A stretch of DNA of 64,000 nucleotides, from NCBI GenBank assembly GCA_040285825.1, contig JAUPSS010000001.1:1922001-1986000 (forward strand), written 5' to 3'. Source of the stretch: Eukaryota sp. TZLM1-RC. Taxonomy: Eukaryota > Protista > Metamonada: BaSk clade. The position numbers and the translations under genes are program-made. Positions 24,275 through 35,473 of this stretch are shown here, one piece after another. Below the pieces are notes generated by a model. It was not told the origin of the DNA. It was given only the letters and a program-made list of their open reading frames with translations, and made no database searches. How positions within the stretch are numbered: the stretch's first letter is position 1; each line of letters opens with the position of its first letter.

Positions 24275-24822
24275 ATCAAGAATAAACAGTCTCATACCCA
24301 TCTTCATTGATGATGTCTGAGTTCAGTCATTTGATTGTGACTTTTGGACCCTCATCTTTATAATTTCAGAGACTTTATTCAAGTCTACTTCCACAGCAAG
24401 GATTAATTAACATTTAATTGGATTTTAATATATTAAAACAGTGGTCTCCACAACATTGATTTTGGTGGACAATATGAATTTTGTTCAATCGAAAAAACAT
24501 CTTTTTAATAGACATTTTTGAGTGGTGAACATGAGATCAATAACTTTACGAAATTACCAAAATTTTATCTTAAATTTATAGGTTTTTGTGGCAGTAGGAA
24601 CATCAAAAAAAGAAAACAACAAGAAGAAAAACAATAATGTTCCTTATCCATTAATTGACACAAAATGATGGCCAAACACAAATTCTTACGTTACCCATAA
24701 GCCTGAAATCAAAAAAACAGTGCTTTAAAAACTACAGCCAATCAAGCCACATATTTATAGACAGATTAGCATTAACCTCACAAGTAAACATACCGACATT
24801 GTGAAATATTCCGAGATTCAAC

Positions 24823-25131
24823 TTAAAGTAACGTGAGTACTGGAGCACTGTCTAATATCTCAAACCTACAGTCCTCACCACAAAACGTTCGCACAAGAAG
24901 AAGTCCATTCATGAATTGTTGGCAGTGTTTAGTGGGTATCCGTACAATGCCACTCACTGTATTGACGTCATACGCGAGGATCAGAGGCTGATAAGGACAG
25001 AGGTTACCGAAGAACGACACCATAGTGGAGAGAATCATGCTTTCAAACTCCAGAATTGACACCCCCTTTGAAGGTTTGGAGAAGTGGACTTTGATGCGGA
25101 GGTAGTACCATGGTGACTGATGTGCCTTCAT
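24823..25131 (-). CDS. RPP14: RNase P/MRP subunit, Rpp14/Pop5/Pop8 family
   Basis: WYYLRIKVHF..EFESMILS..SFFG..ILAYD..GIVRIP..GEDCRFEILDSAPVLTLL mirrors the Rpp14 pattern (102 aa). Confidence 0.75.
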   Translation of the reverse strand: MKAHQSPWYYLRIKVHFSKPSKGVSILEFESMILSTMVSFFGNLCPYQPLILAYDVNTVSGIVRIPTKHCQQFMNGLLLVRTFCGEDCRFEILDSAPVLTLL

Positions 25132-28100
25132 TGAAACAGATATTGTCTATAACAATGAAATAGGTGTCCTTTTTTTACCAATGTAGAGCGACAGAGTTTT
25201 TGAGAAGCAGAAGATTTTCTTCTTGATACCTTTTTCTTTGAACCTTTGTCAACCTTGGCTCTCTGTAGGTATCCTGGTCTATCTCCACCATTTACATGTG
25301 CTTCCATCACTGCCAACATATTCAGCGAAGCATTTCGATCTCTATTCCACAAACTTTCGCATGATTTACACATGGTAAGCCCGTGACGAATAGATATCTC
25401 ATGCGTCTTCCATGGCCTAGGATTTCTGCACCATCGGAATGTTTCAACTGTTTTCTCTGCTTTCTTACAGTTGAAACAACAGCAACTGGTTCGAAACTCA
25501 TCAATCAAAAAGACCTTATAACCAGCCTTTTTAAATAGAATTCTCAAACCTTTTCCTTTCGTAGGTTCTTTGAATTTCATGTGTTTTCGTTGTTCCCAGT
25601 CTCCGATTCCAATAACTACTTGACCTGGATCACCAATTACTGATTTGAATCTCTGGATCATCTTCGCCTCAGATCTTGTTCGATTAATCTCAGCCCACCA
25701 TCTTAGTTTCCTAAATATTTTTTGATGATAGACTTGACCAACAATACTATTCACAAAATTCTTTTGTTTAATATACTCCATAAATCTATCAAACCTGCAG
25801 CTTTTGGAATTGAATTGGGATAAAGTTGCTTCCCATTCTGCTACAGATTTAGTTTTTTGTTCATTATTTCCCAAATGTGTTGAGTAATCAATTTCGTGGG
25901 GAATATTGATTTCTTGATGTAGTTCACCTCTTAATAAACTAATTGTTCTTTCAGTCATTTGATTAATTATACTGCTGCTTAAATCCATCCTTTGTTGTTG
26001 CTCTTCAGATGGTTCATAATTGGATAGATCAATCACTCTACCAGTAGAGTTACTTATTGTGATAAGAGTGTCATTCCGTATGCTGTCTCTTATTCTTTTG
26101 AATTTGGAACATTTCGACTCAAATCTTCGTTGATTTTGAGTGTACCTGAAATGAACATATTTATCTCTCTCAGGTTTTTTTGAATGAGTCATTCCAGTAG
26201 CTAAATTGGCAGAAAAATAGAGTAGATCAGATTTCCCTGGAACAGCAGCAGCAAGGGTCATATCTTGGAATTCAGATGGATGGATGCTGGGGTCATCAAT
26301 ATATTTTTCTTTATCTTTTCATTCTTTTGCAGTTACTTTGTACTTTGTCAAGTCCATTCTAGATTGAATGAAACTTACTGCTATTCCATCAGTCTCGATA
26401 CTAGACATGATGTACTTGGAACTTTCTGCATAAAGTTTAGTGTTTTTAATCTCGTCCATTTTTAAAATTGTGTCCCATAAAACCAAATCAGCAGCTTAAT
26501 TATTGCATTGGTAATACGACCTTGGACCAAGAATGTCCTTGACTTGGACAATGAACAAGTCCAATAAACTTGTCTTGTCAATTATGATATACGAGGGAAT
26601 ACAAGAATTCTTCAAAGGCAGAGCATGAAAAAGTTTACTCTCCTCATCTTCTAAATAAGAGAAATTGACAAAAAAGGACCTCTTGTCAACATAAATTTGC
26701 AAAAACAGGACCTTCTCCGATTCAACCTTCCACCAGTAAACTTCTTACCAATGACGTCTACAAACTTGTCCACAAACCTCACGATTTCAACGCCTATTCC
26801 TCTCGTTTAACTCTACTTTACATAGTATTCGCTTCTGTAGGCCTCTGATCACTTTGGATGGAACACACTTAACTGGTGATTTTGGTGGTGTATTGCTGGC
26901 TGCTTGCACAGTAGATGCGTTAGGTAGAATTTATCCCATTGCCTTTGGTATTTGTGAAATAGAAAACGGTAGAGAATGGCGTTTTTTCTTGCAACATCTG
27001 CATGCTTTGTTGAGAACAAGTAATTGGACTTTCTTATCTGACCGGCAGAAGGGTCTGATTGATGCTGTGAGCTACATTTTCCCCAATCAGTATCATGGTT
27101 ATTGTGTGAAGCATCTTGCAGATAATGTAGCAAAACGATTTAGAAACAAAGCTTTATTGATTAAAGTGTGGGAAACAGCTAGGGCTTTGACAGTTGCCCA
27201 ATACCAATCCCACTGTGAAGAGATCTGTATTGTCTCTCCAAAAGCCAGTGATTATTTGGCAAAAATTGGACCAGATCATTGGGTAAGCGCTTTGACATCC
27301 ACTTTGACATCCATGTATCTGGATTGTCTCCATTGGATGAGCTGTTGAAGTATTGAGGTTGAGTTTTCGATATGTATAAATGTTCATGTTCATAATAAAA
27401 GTGTATATTTAGCATTGATAGAGAATATCAGAATCAGTGACAGAAGTGACAAAGTTTATTAAAAGAACAATAGGACAGTGATGGAGAAGATAACACCAGT
27501 GAGAATGAGAACAAGGGCCCAATTTTGCAAAAGCGTTTATGGGTGGACCCAAATCTGCAAAATGAAAAACTCAGGTGGACCTGTTTTGTCAATGCCCCTC
27601 TAAATAATTATTAATATATAACATTGCCCTCAAATACAAATTTGATTTTGACGAAAAATCAAATTTTGAATATTTTTCCCTTTTAAAATTACTGGGAAGT
27701 AAAAGAGGGATCTGGTCATTAATGAAAAGCGAAGTAATTGATGAGACTTTGTTTCTCATTGCAGAAGTTTCGCCATCAATATCTCTAAATCCTTCTAGAA
27801 GGAGAGATTTAACTTTGTTGATGAATAATGAGAAGTTTTTCTTATCTTGCTTTTTCAGGACATTGTTGTTTCTCTTAACATCATAAAAAACATCGACAAA
27901 CCGATCCAAGTAATCAAAATAATGCTCCTGGATGTTATTTTTGAAATTCACAATCAGTTTGTCAATTGTGTAATACAAAATATTACTTATTCCTTTTTTT
28001 GATAAAACTTTTGGAACAAGTTTTTCTTTAAAGTGTTGGTGATAGAATTCCAACAACGGGGCACAACGAGAATTTTGCAAAGCTCTTTTTGTCTTTGCGT

Positions 28101-28307
28101 TAAGGGAACTTTCCTCATCGCTTTGGGACGTGACCACAAGAAAAGCGTCAAGAAATAATTGGGTTTCAATTTTTGGTAAAATAGCATTTGGGATTAAATC
28201 AAAAAGATGCAAATAATAACCACAAATGAATTCTAAACCAACAATAGAAATTTCCTGACACCTAATTACTGCCTCATCGATCACTTCAATAATTTTCGGA
28301 TCATCTG
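25128..28307 (-). pseudogene. Fanzor1 (eukaryotic TnpB-derived RuvC nuclease), ~740 aa when reconstructed, interrupted by a MULE
   Basis: Removing 26659-27598 and one TSD joins YINNYLE to DEESKLFHALPLKNSCIPSYIIID. The frame then continues past stops at 26496-26498 and 26319-26321 through SIETDGIAVS, RuvC-I AAVPG (D to V), IGIGDW, IDEFRTSCCCFNC, CKSC..WNRDRNASLNM and RPGYLQR. Confidence 0.9.
26659..27598 (+). mobile_element. Internally deleted MULE (Mutator-like) element, 940 bp
   Basis: 9-bp TSD TCTAAATAA (26650-26658, 27599-27607). Imperfect TIRs GAGAAATTGACAAAAAAGGACCTC / GGGGCATTGACAAAACAGGTCCAC. MULE domain DGTHL..PIAF..SDRQKGL..HGYCVKHL at 26854-27348. Confidence 0.93.
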
Positions 28308-28445
28308 CCAAAAAACGTATAGCCGTTGGAGCAAGTAAACCAAATAGACAAAATAGAAATGGATACAAATTGTATTTTGCATGCTGTTGGCTGGACAATT
28401 TGGATAAAGGTTCATTATATTTTTTGATTTTGAAATTTTCAAATA
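28308..28445 (-). mobile_element. Internal fragment of REL family B replacing the Fanzor 5' end
   Basis: QHAKYNLYPF..APTAIRFL matches 61540-61670 and is fused in frame to the Fanzor body. Confidence 0.85.
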
Positions 28446-28623
28446 GAGAAAGTAATCTTGAATTTGTTTCATGAACTTAATCTCAAAACTCAACCAGATC
28501 AAAAAAATGTGTTGTTAGAAACAAACACATTATTATGGTAATAAGGGTGATATTCCATAAACAATTTAGGAAATAAAAACCAAAAAACTAATTACTAACC
28601 TCAAAAACCAATTTATTTACAAA

Positions 28624-30666
28624 CTAAATCCCTTTACTAGCCCATACAATAGAATTGGCAAACAACCTGTGACCATCAGTTGAGCTTTGCCAGCCAGCAC
28701 TACTATGAACATCACTACTCCCATAAAAACAACCAAACTCCACCATTCTACCTTGTCCTATTTCATTCTTTGCAATTAAAGGACTTCCATTAGACACACT
28801 TGCCAACAAGGTTCCATTGACGAGTTGGGCATCTTTACGAGCATAAGGAACAACAAAAGAGTTGACATTTGTGAATATTGGGTCATTTGACTTTGTTTTA
28901 ACAATGTTTTGTTGTGATCCAAACTTAGCCCATTCACCCCCACTAAAGCAAGAGTAATTAAACCCTTGGGGGCTTGATGATGGATACCAGTTGAACAATA
29001 CCAAACCTTTACCAGCTTCTAACAGCTGGTTTAGGTATTGGCCGGGACAAAGAACATTGCCAGGATCCACGACCACCACATCAAAAGGTTCAAGTTCGTT
29101 GTAATTGTTGATGGCGTTACCACTTGAATTAATAACAACTTCTAAATCCCCCCAATTTTCAGTTAAACATTTATTAAGATTGATGGTTAGGTCGTTTATG
29201 TGAGGTGAACAAACCCAAACCCCAACACTAATTTTGGACATCAATTCCCTTCCTAATAAATTTCTGGAAATTTCACCAATATTATGGCTTGAACAATTCT
29301 TTTTAATTACCTTCTCCAACCATTCTTCTTTTCTTTTATTTAAAGAATTTGTTAAAGTAATATTTGATAATAAATTACTTGGAATAGTTGGTAATTCTGG
29401 AACTAATTCAAATGAATAATTATCAATAACCTTGCTTAATAACAAAGAATTAGAATGTTGAAGTGCAAAATTAACAACATTAATAAATTCTTGATTGGAA
29501 AACCTACCAAATTCCAATTTAGGAATAACTAAATCAAAATCAATTTTAGAAACTAACTTAGATTCAAGGTTAAAGAGCCAAATAAAATCTGAAACATTAA
29601 TTGATTTTGAATTATTAATAAAATTGATAATTAATTTTTGTTTTAATTCCAAGTCAATTTCAAGAGGAATTAATTCACCAATTTCATCTCTTGAAGGGAC
29701 ACAATCTTGACCAATTTGGGCAGCAAAGACAAGTTCTTGAGCTCTTTTTGAAATATTCAGCTTATCAACATTAATCAACTTCTTGCCAAGTAATTTACCT
29801 AATAAAGATAGCTTAAAACCAATAGTTTCAGATTCTAAATTATCAAAACAAGAAAATAAACTAGTTTTAAATTCATCAACTACATTATAAATCTTTTGAA
29901 TCTCTTCTTGAGCTCTTTCCTTGGCAGCACCATCAAAAGCAAGTGATTCTTCGACAGTATTTGAGGACTCTAACTGTTGAATCTTGAGACCTGACTGTCT
30001 AATCAAATCACCAATCAAATCATGAAGAAATGATTGGGATTGATTGAGGGTTTCCCTCACGACAGATTCCACTTTATCCCCTGATTGAACTACCAAGGGG
30101 GTAATGGTGGAAGTATTGGCTTGGAACTCTTGAATTTGCTTTGTGAAGGCTTCTTTCGCTTGAGAAAAGGAAACGAGAGCTTCGTGGTGAAGTGAGTGGC
30201 CTTGGAGCAAGCCACATGAATCGCAGAGAGCAACCTTGCACTTGGTGCAATAATGCTCGATTTGCTTACCCTTATGGTGAGGGCATTTTGGTAGGGAGAC
30301 ATTTGAGCGTTCGGAGAGGGGTACGATGCTGTGGGATTGGAAAACCTTAACAGAATGGACATGAGTAGAGCATTTTTCACAGAAAGAGATCTCGCAATCA
30401 GAGCAGAAGAGGGTGACAGGAGCTTCCTCACATCCTTTACAGAGTTGAGGTTCGGGAGAGTGTTGAGAGGAGGATTCAATGATGTCGCGTAGAGTGATAT
30501 TAATACGATGGCACATCGATGGAATCACCTCGCGGCATTGAGGACAGGTAGAACTATGCTTCTTTGAGGGCAACAGACATCGATCACGACAGAAGCTGTG
30601 ACCACAAGGGAGCGTAGTCGGTTGTTCCATGATCTGAACGCATATTCCGCATTCTAGGTGAGACAT
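28624..30666 (-). CDS. TRIM-like RING-B-box-B-box-coiled-coil protein with an unassigned C-terminal alpha/beta domain
   Basis: C3HC4 RING (CGIC..PCGHSFC..CPQCR), B-box1 (CKGC..FCSDC..FCEKC..H..H), B-box2 (CPHH..YCTKC..LCDSC..H..H) and a helical region. Confidence 0.88.
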   Translation of the reverse strand: MSHLECGICVQIMEQPTTLPCGHSFCRDRCLLPSKKHSSTCPQCREVIPSMCHRINITLRDIIESSSQHSPEPQLCKGCEEAPVTLFCSDCEISFCEKCSTHVHSVKVFQSHSIVPLSERSNVSLPKCPHHKGKQIEHYCTKCKVALCDSCGLLQGHSLHHEALVSFSQAKEAFTKQIQEFQANTSTITPLVVQSGDKVESVVRETLNQSQSFLHDLIGDLIRQSGLKIQQLESSNTVEESLAFDGAAKERAQEEIQKIYNVVDEFKTSLFSCFDNLESETIGFKLSLLGKLLGKKLINVDKLNISKRAQELVFAAQIGQDCVPSRDEIGELIPLEIDLELKQKLIINFINNSKSINVSDFIWLFNLESKLVSKIDFDLVIPKLEFGRFSNQEFINVVNFALQHSNSLLLSKVIDNYSFELVPELPTIPSNLLSNITLTNSLNKRKEEWLEKVIKKNCSSHNIGEISRNLLGRELMSKISVGVWVCSPHINDLTINLNKCLTENWGDLEVVINSSGNAINNYNELEPFDVVVVDPGNVLCPGQYLNQLLEAGKGLVLFNWYPSSSPQGFNYSCFSGGEWAKFGSQQNIVKTKSNDPIFTNVNSFVVPYARKDAQLVNGTLLASVSNGSPLIAKNEIGQGRMVEFGCFYGSSDVHSSAGWQSSTDGHRLFANSIVWASKGI

Positions 30667-31084
30667 TGGGAAATGAAGATGAGATAATGAATGGTGGAAC
30701 AAAATATTTAAAGGGTTTTTCGTCATGCTTACGTGTCATTTTTGATGGTTTTCTGGTTTTCTGGTTTTCTGGTCATCTTCATCAACCTTCCAATACTTTG
30801 CAATATATTGAGGATCAAGGTCAATTTTATTTTCCCCTAATAAAATTTTAGAAACTGTGTTTAGTTTGCGTGGTTGATAATAATTTGTGTAAATACTACA
30901 AGTATCAACAACAAGAAAGACACGAATATTCCAACGTAAAAATTTAGGGTTTAATACACGTGATTGGACTGACTCTTCGGATGATGATGTCAGTGAGTAC
31001 GGAGATGAGAGGGGTAGAAAAATTTATTTCGTTTCAACTCTACTAAGATTTTTTTAAATTAGCTTATTACAATAATAGATAGAT

Positions 31085-31840
31085 TTACATCTTGGCTAAT
31101 AACAAGCCAGCAAGGACAGTTCTCTCACCTCTCTTTACATGGTTTGACTGAAGATCAATGTCTTTGCCGTTGCTGTCATCGGGAAGATGAGGAAGCGCAA
31201 GAATTACATTAATTGCTAGCTTTGCCCAATCTTCTGGTAATAGAAGTTGACTTGTACTAGCAATTCCCAATCGATCGAGTTGATCTCCAGCGATTCTCCC
31301 TGTGTCTAATAGATAACAACGACATCCATATTCATGTAGGTCTGCAGCAAAACTCTTACTGAGACCCTCCTCACCAAAAAGTGATGCACAGTAAGACGAA
31401 AACTCACGAGCAGGATGTCTACCAAGCTTACTAGTGCAGTTGACCACAATGCCACTCTTTCTTGAACTAAGGTACTCTCCAATGACCTTGCATGTGTTGA
31501 AAAGTGCGACAAGATTGTTATCCACCATTTGCTTAAAGTCATCACTCCTTATCTCCCATAAGTATTTTCTGGGTTGGACTTCACCAAATGAATTGACGAA
31601 AAACTCTGGTTCGTATTTTAGGAAGAGGGGACGAGTAATAGAATCAATTTGGGATGAATTTGTGAAATCTATCACATGGAATACTCCTCTTGAATAGTCA
31701 TATTCTTTGAGTTTATGCTTCAAAGCATCGACAACAACAGGATCTCGATCAAAGCCCAGAACGACATTGCCTTGTCGGAGGAGTTCAACACAAAGGTAGG
31801 ATCCAAGTTGGCCAAGTCCGAAAACTGCAAACGTGTGCAT
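31085..31840 (-). CDS. Short-chain dehydrogenase/reductase, atypical
   Basis: GLGQLG Rossmann motif, VNxxG, NNLV and VVNCTS. The active site reads YCASL instead of YxxxK. Confidence 0.85.
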   Translation of the reverse strand: MHTFAVFGLGQLGSYLCVELLRQGNVVLGFDRDPVVVDALKHKLKEYDYSRGVFHVIDFTNSSQIDSITRPLFLKYEPEFFVNSFGEVQPRKYLWEIRSDDFKQMVDNNLVALFNTCKVIGEYLSSRKSGIVVNCTSKLGRHPAREFSSYCASLFGEEGLSKSFAADLHEYGCRCYLLDTGRIAGDQLDRLGIASTSQLLLPEDWAKLAINVILALPHLPDDSNGKDIDLQSNHVKRGERTVLAGLLLAKM

Positions 31841-31934
31841 TATTAAAGAAGAACATGTAAGAATAGTTTAATGTAGAAATCCTTAGTAGGTATGAGGATT
31901 TCAATTTATATAAAATACTTTCAGTTGATATCAA

Positions 31935-32285
31935 AAATTATGTTTCCTATTAACTATCAATGTGAAATACTGAACATGTAACACTTTTAAGTCACCAACC
32001 TTGGTGTTTCTATCATTCTACCCCATCAGACAACCATGGACGAGATTCTCTAGCATAAATGATGCGGCACCAGCATGTGAGATCTGAGAAGCTATTTCTT
32101 TACAGATGGTTTTCATTATAAACGTTGGGATGAATAATCTTTTCATCAACGTTATGCAAGCATTATCAACTATTCCTTTTGCTGAAACTTCAGAAGGAAA
32201 TGGCTCATCCAAATTATCTCAATTTGTTGTCGTAAGTCTTAAAATATTCAAGAAAGTCTGATTTATTTTCTATTCATATGATATA
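31935..32285 (-). mobile_element. 3' end of REL family E
   Basis: FPSEVSAKGIV..KRLFIP..KTICKE and the 3' UTR match 1215-1530. Confidence 0.65.
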
Positions 32286-33160
32286 AGCCTTAGAGCGCCA
32301 ACACTGCTTCTCTCCTCCTTGAAAATAAATCAGCTTATATGAATATGAAACAAAACTATAAACAAATAACTAAATAACTATAAATAACTAAATATACCAA
32401 AAACTAAATAGTAAATTCTATTGTTTGCTATGCAAACTATGCAAATTAACAATTAGCTTCGTTTTCTAATTCTTTCGCTACGTCTATGCCGCTTAGAGCG
32501 CGTAGACTCATTAAAAGTACCTTGGCGTTGACTAGAGGTACGTTTAGCAATTTTCTTGTTATTCTTACTAAATAACGTATAAGTTTCTGAATGTTTATCC
32601 GAATGGAAAAGCTCTTCTGTTGTCTCACCGCCAAACCAATGAACAGTACAGAAACTGCCTGAATTAGAGCTATATTCTGAGAGGATTTTCTTCATAACGT
32701 GTTTTTCAGTGTCGCCTGCAGCGACTGCTTTAAGGAATATATCCTGTGTATATCTTTTTTTACTAATAAACCTAGTTTTGTTCTGGAAGGTGCCTCCTAA
32801 TATATCAAGGGGATGTTTGGCTGTGGCAAATGTACATTTTCCTAGACCAATATTTACCCGTCTTTTCCTGGCGCATTCGAAAACTCTTTGTAGTCTTTTG
32901 TAAAATTCATCAAAAGAAGTTTTTGACTATTATGATGTCGTCTATGTATATAAAGACGCCGTCTATTTGAAAAATTTCGATCGTTACATTTTGAAATACT
33001 GTTGGGACATTCTTTGAACCGAAGCAAACTCTTTTGAACATAATAGACCTCCAAAATATTGAAATTGATGTTTTTTCAACATTTTTTTCTGCTACATTCA
33101 TTTGCCAAAAAGCTTTTGGTAAATCGGGTGTGGCAATGTAGTCAGCTCTGTTCGAGCATG
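32286..33160 (-). mobile_element. Ty3/gypsy-type LTR retrotransposon remnant (RT, PPT, start of 3' LTR)
   Basis: DLPKAFWQM..FGSKNVPTVFQ..YIDDII..KCTF. Polypurine tract AAGGAGGAGAGAAGCAG (32320-32304) is followed directly by TGTTGG at 32303. Confidence 0.8.
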
Positions 33161-34199
33161 TCTGATTCACTACTATCCTTTTGCTCCATAAATTCTTCGA
33201 AAGAAGTGAGAGCTCCCGTTAGCTCCGCATAGTTGTGGATCTCATTGTCAAATTCGCGATCGAACCAAGCAGGAAGTTTGTATTGTTGGATGTCTTCCGA
33301 GTATGTTGTATGTTGTTGTTGTGTACCTTGCTGGTGCTGCATGTTAGGTGAGTGAATGAAGTCAGAGGTATCTTTCCCTGATGTGTCTGACATATTCAAA
33401 AGATATCTGGTTTGCTGTTACTTTGTAAATGCTGAGGTTATTACGGTATACTTGGACCTATAATGGCCAATTATTATTGTTGCCGTCAGTCTTAGGAAAC
33501 AATACTCCATTATATATAAGACCATATATACTGGAAACAATACTTTAGATCTATCAGGCATTTTTCGACAAAATTTCAATTGATAAAGGTTATCAGCAAT
33601 AGGAACTACATTCATTCAGGGAAAAATTAATTGCAAACTGAATGATTTTAACAGGGAGATTAATCAACATGGACAGACAATGATGATCAGTCTTCATATT
33701 TCCTGAGTTTAATGTGACATTGTTCAATGAAGATTGTGCTTACACACCATGTACTTATTGTGGAATTATGAAGATTTGTGCTTTGCACTGCTTAAATGTG
33801 TTGGTTCTTCCTTAAATTTTCTCATCTGAAGTTTGGAAATAATTTTCTTACGAATTTGGTCATTTGTCAATCGATTTCTTTCTTCAACCATTAAAGAAAA
33901 TTTCCCCAGTTTTTCAATTGGATTAAATTTCCGTTCTCAAAAAGCTCTTCCTTGTTTCATTGTTTTAAATAGATTTCTCAAATCAGGATCAAAAGAATTT
34001 TGCAAGATATGGTTTTTCTGAATTTGCCATTCTTCATACAGTCAGATGCGGAAAACCAAGAGCACTCTTACATTTGGATATATACAGGTAACCCACATTA
34101 AATGTTCTAGTGACATATAACCTTGATTTCAACGTTTGACTCAATACTGAGGTAATAGTAGTTTCTATAAATGTTATTGGTAATTCATGAACTTTTGAA

Positions 34200-34780
34200 T
34201 ACCAATTTCAAATTGTGGAAAACATAGTTCAACTATTTTGCCTTCAAAGTGTGTAATAATGCTTGATTCTGGAGATGCTTTATCACATCTTCAATTATTG
34301 ACAAACCATAATTTGAAATACTAAGGCCATTACAAGGAACTGTTGGGTAGTGTTTGCCTAACGTTCTGAAACGCTTCTCTGTGTTTATCAACGAAGGAAC
34401 TTCGATATATTAGATTTTGAAAAACGGATAAGTTAGTGCAAATTTGTGAACAAATTTTGAATACCAAACAGTATCAAAACTTTTCGTTTTTTAGGCTTCA
34501 ACTAAACAATTGGTTCATTCGAAACCAGAAACCACGGAGATACGGTGGTACAATCGATTATTAGTTCAGTTCCACCATACAATGCACATTGAATGGACAG
34601 CAATTCTCAACGGACTGGATGATGATCACATTTTAACAGATCATAAATACAATCACGAATAGCATTGTAGATAATTGATCTTTTTTGATTGAATTTTCAG
34701 CAGGAAATAATGTGATCAAAAGAAGCATAAGCACCAAATCTACATTTCACGTTTGAAAAGCATTGAGGAGGAGATAGATT
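34200..34780 (-). mobile_element. Degenerate REL fragment (family F)
   Basis: ASFDH and LIIDCTTVSP motifs; similar to 3180-3710. Confidence 0.55.
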
Positions 34781-35473
34781 AGGTCTAATTCACATGACTG
34801 TCAAACATTGGATATCTGGAAGCAGTTATCCAGAAGGCCGAGGAACTTTAGTTATCAAACAAGATGGACTGTTTTGAAAATAAATGACAATTCAAATCCA
34901 AACATCATTCTTAATGTTTTTATAAAGAAATTTATGTTACCACAGACAAAATGTAAAAACATTGTGTAACGATGGTCATTTTCTTCAACTCGCACGCAAA
35001 ACAGCTCAAAACTCTAACGTAATGAATTCTCCATTAACCTAGTATGATCTAGGAGAACTTGATAACCCTTTAAAAAAATAGATCTTGTCAAAAAATTATG
35101 ATGATTAAAAATAATTTTGCTTCAACTAATTGTCAAATGAGTTAACCATAGTTTTTTAAAAAGAGGTCAATAGATTTCAACCAAATCAAGTAATTTTTAT
35201 TTGATTCTGACACTCATATTATCGATAAAGAAAGAAACTTAATTAATTTATATTAAATAAAATAAATATATTACAATAAATTAAATTCAATTACAACTTG
35301 CAAGGTTAAGAGTTGAAAACTAAATGTACAATGAGATCAACTCAAAAAATAATCACTACTAACAAAAAACTATTTCTGGAATAACTGAATAAAAAGAAAT
35401 TCAAAGAAATTCAAAGTGTTTTATGTATTAAGGTATCAAATTGATCAATAAAGATTGATTGTTGATTGACCAG

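Noticed and set aside
26262-26500. Stop-codon reassignment to explain in-frame stops in the Fanzor and retroelements
   Set aside because: Host genes end at TAA, TAG and TGA and have no internal stops; the stops occur together with other signs of decay.
27589-28398. 269-aa ORF as an independent gene or a functional retro-Fanzor fusion
   Set aside because: A chimera of a short REL fragment, the Fanzor N-terminal half and a stop in the MULE TIR; no RT is included.
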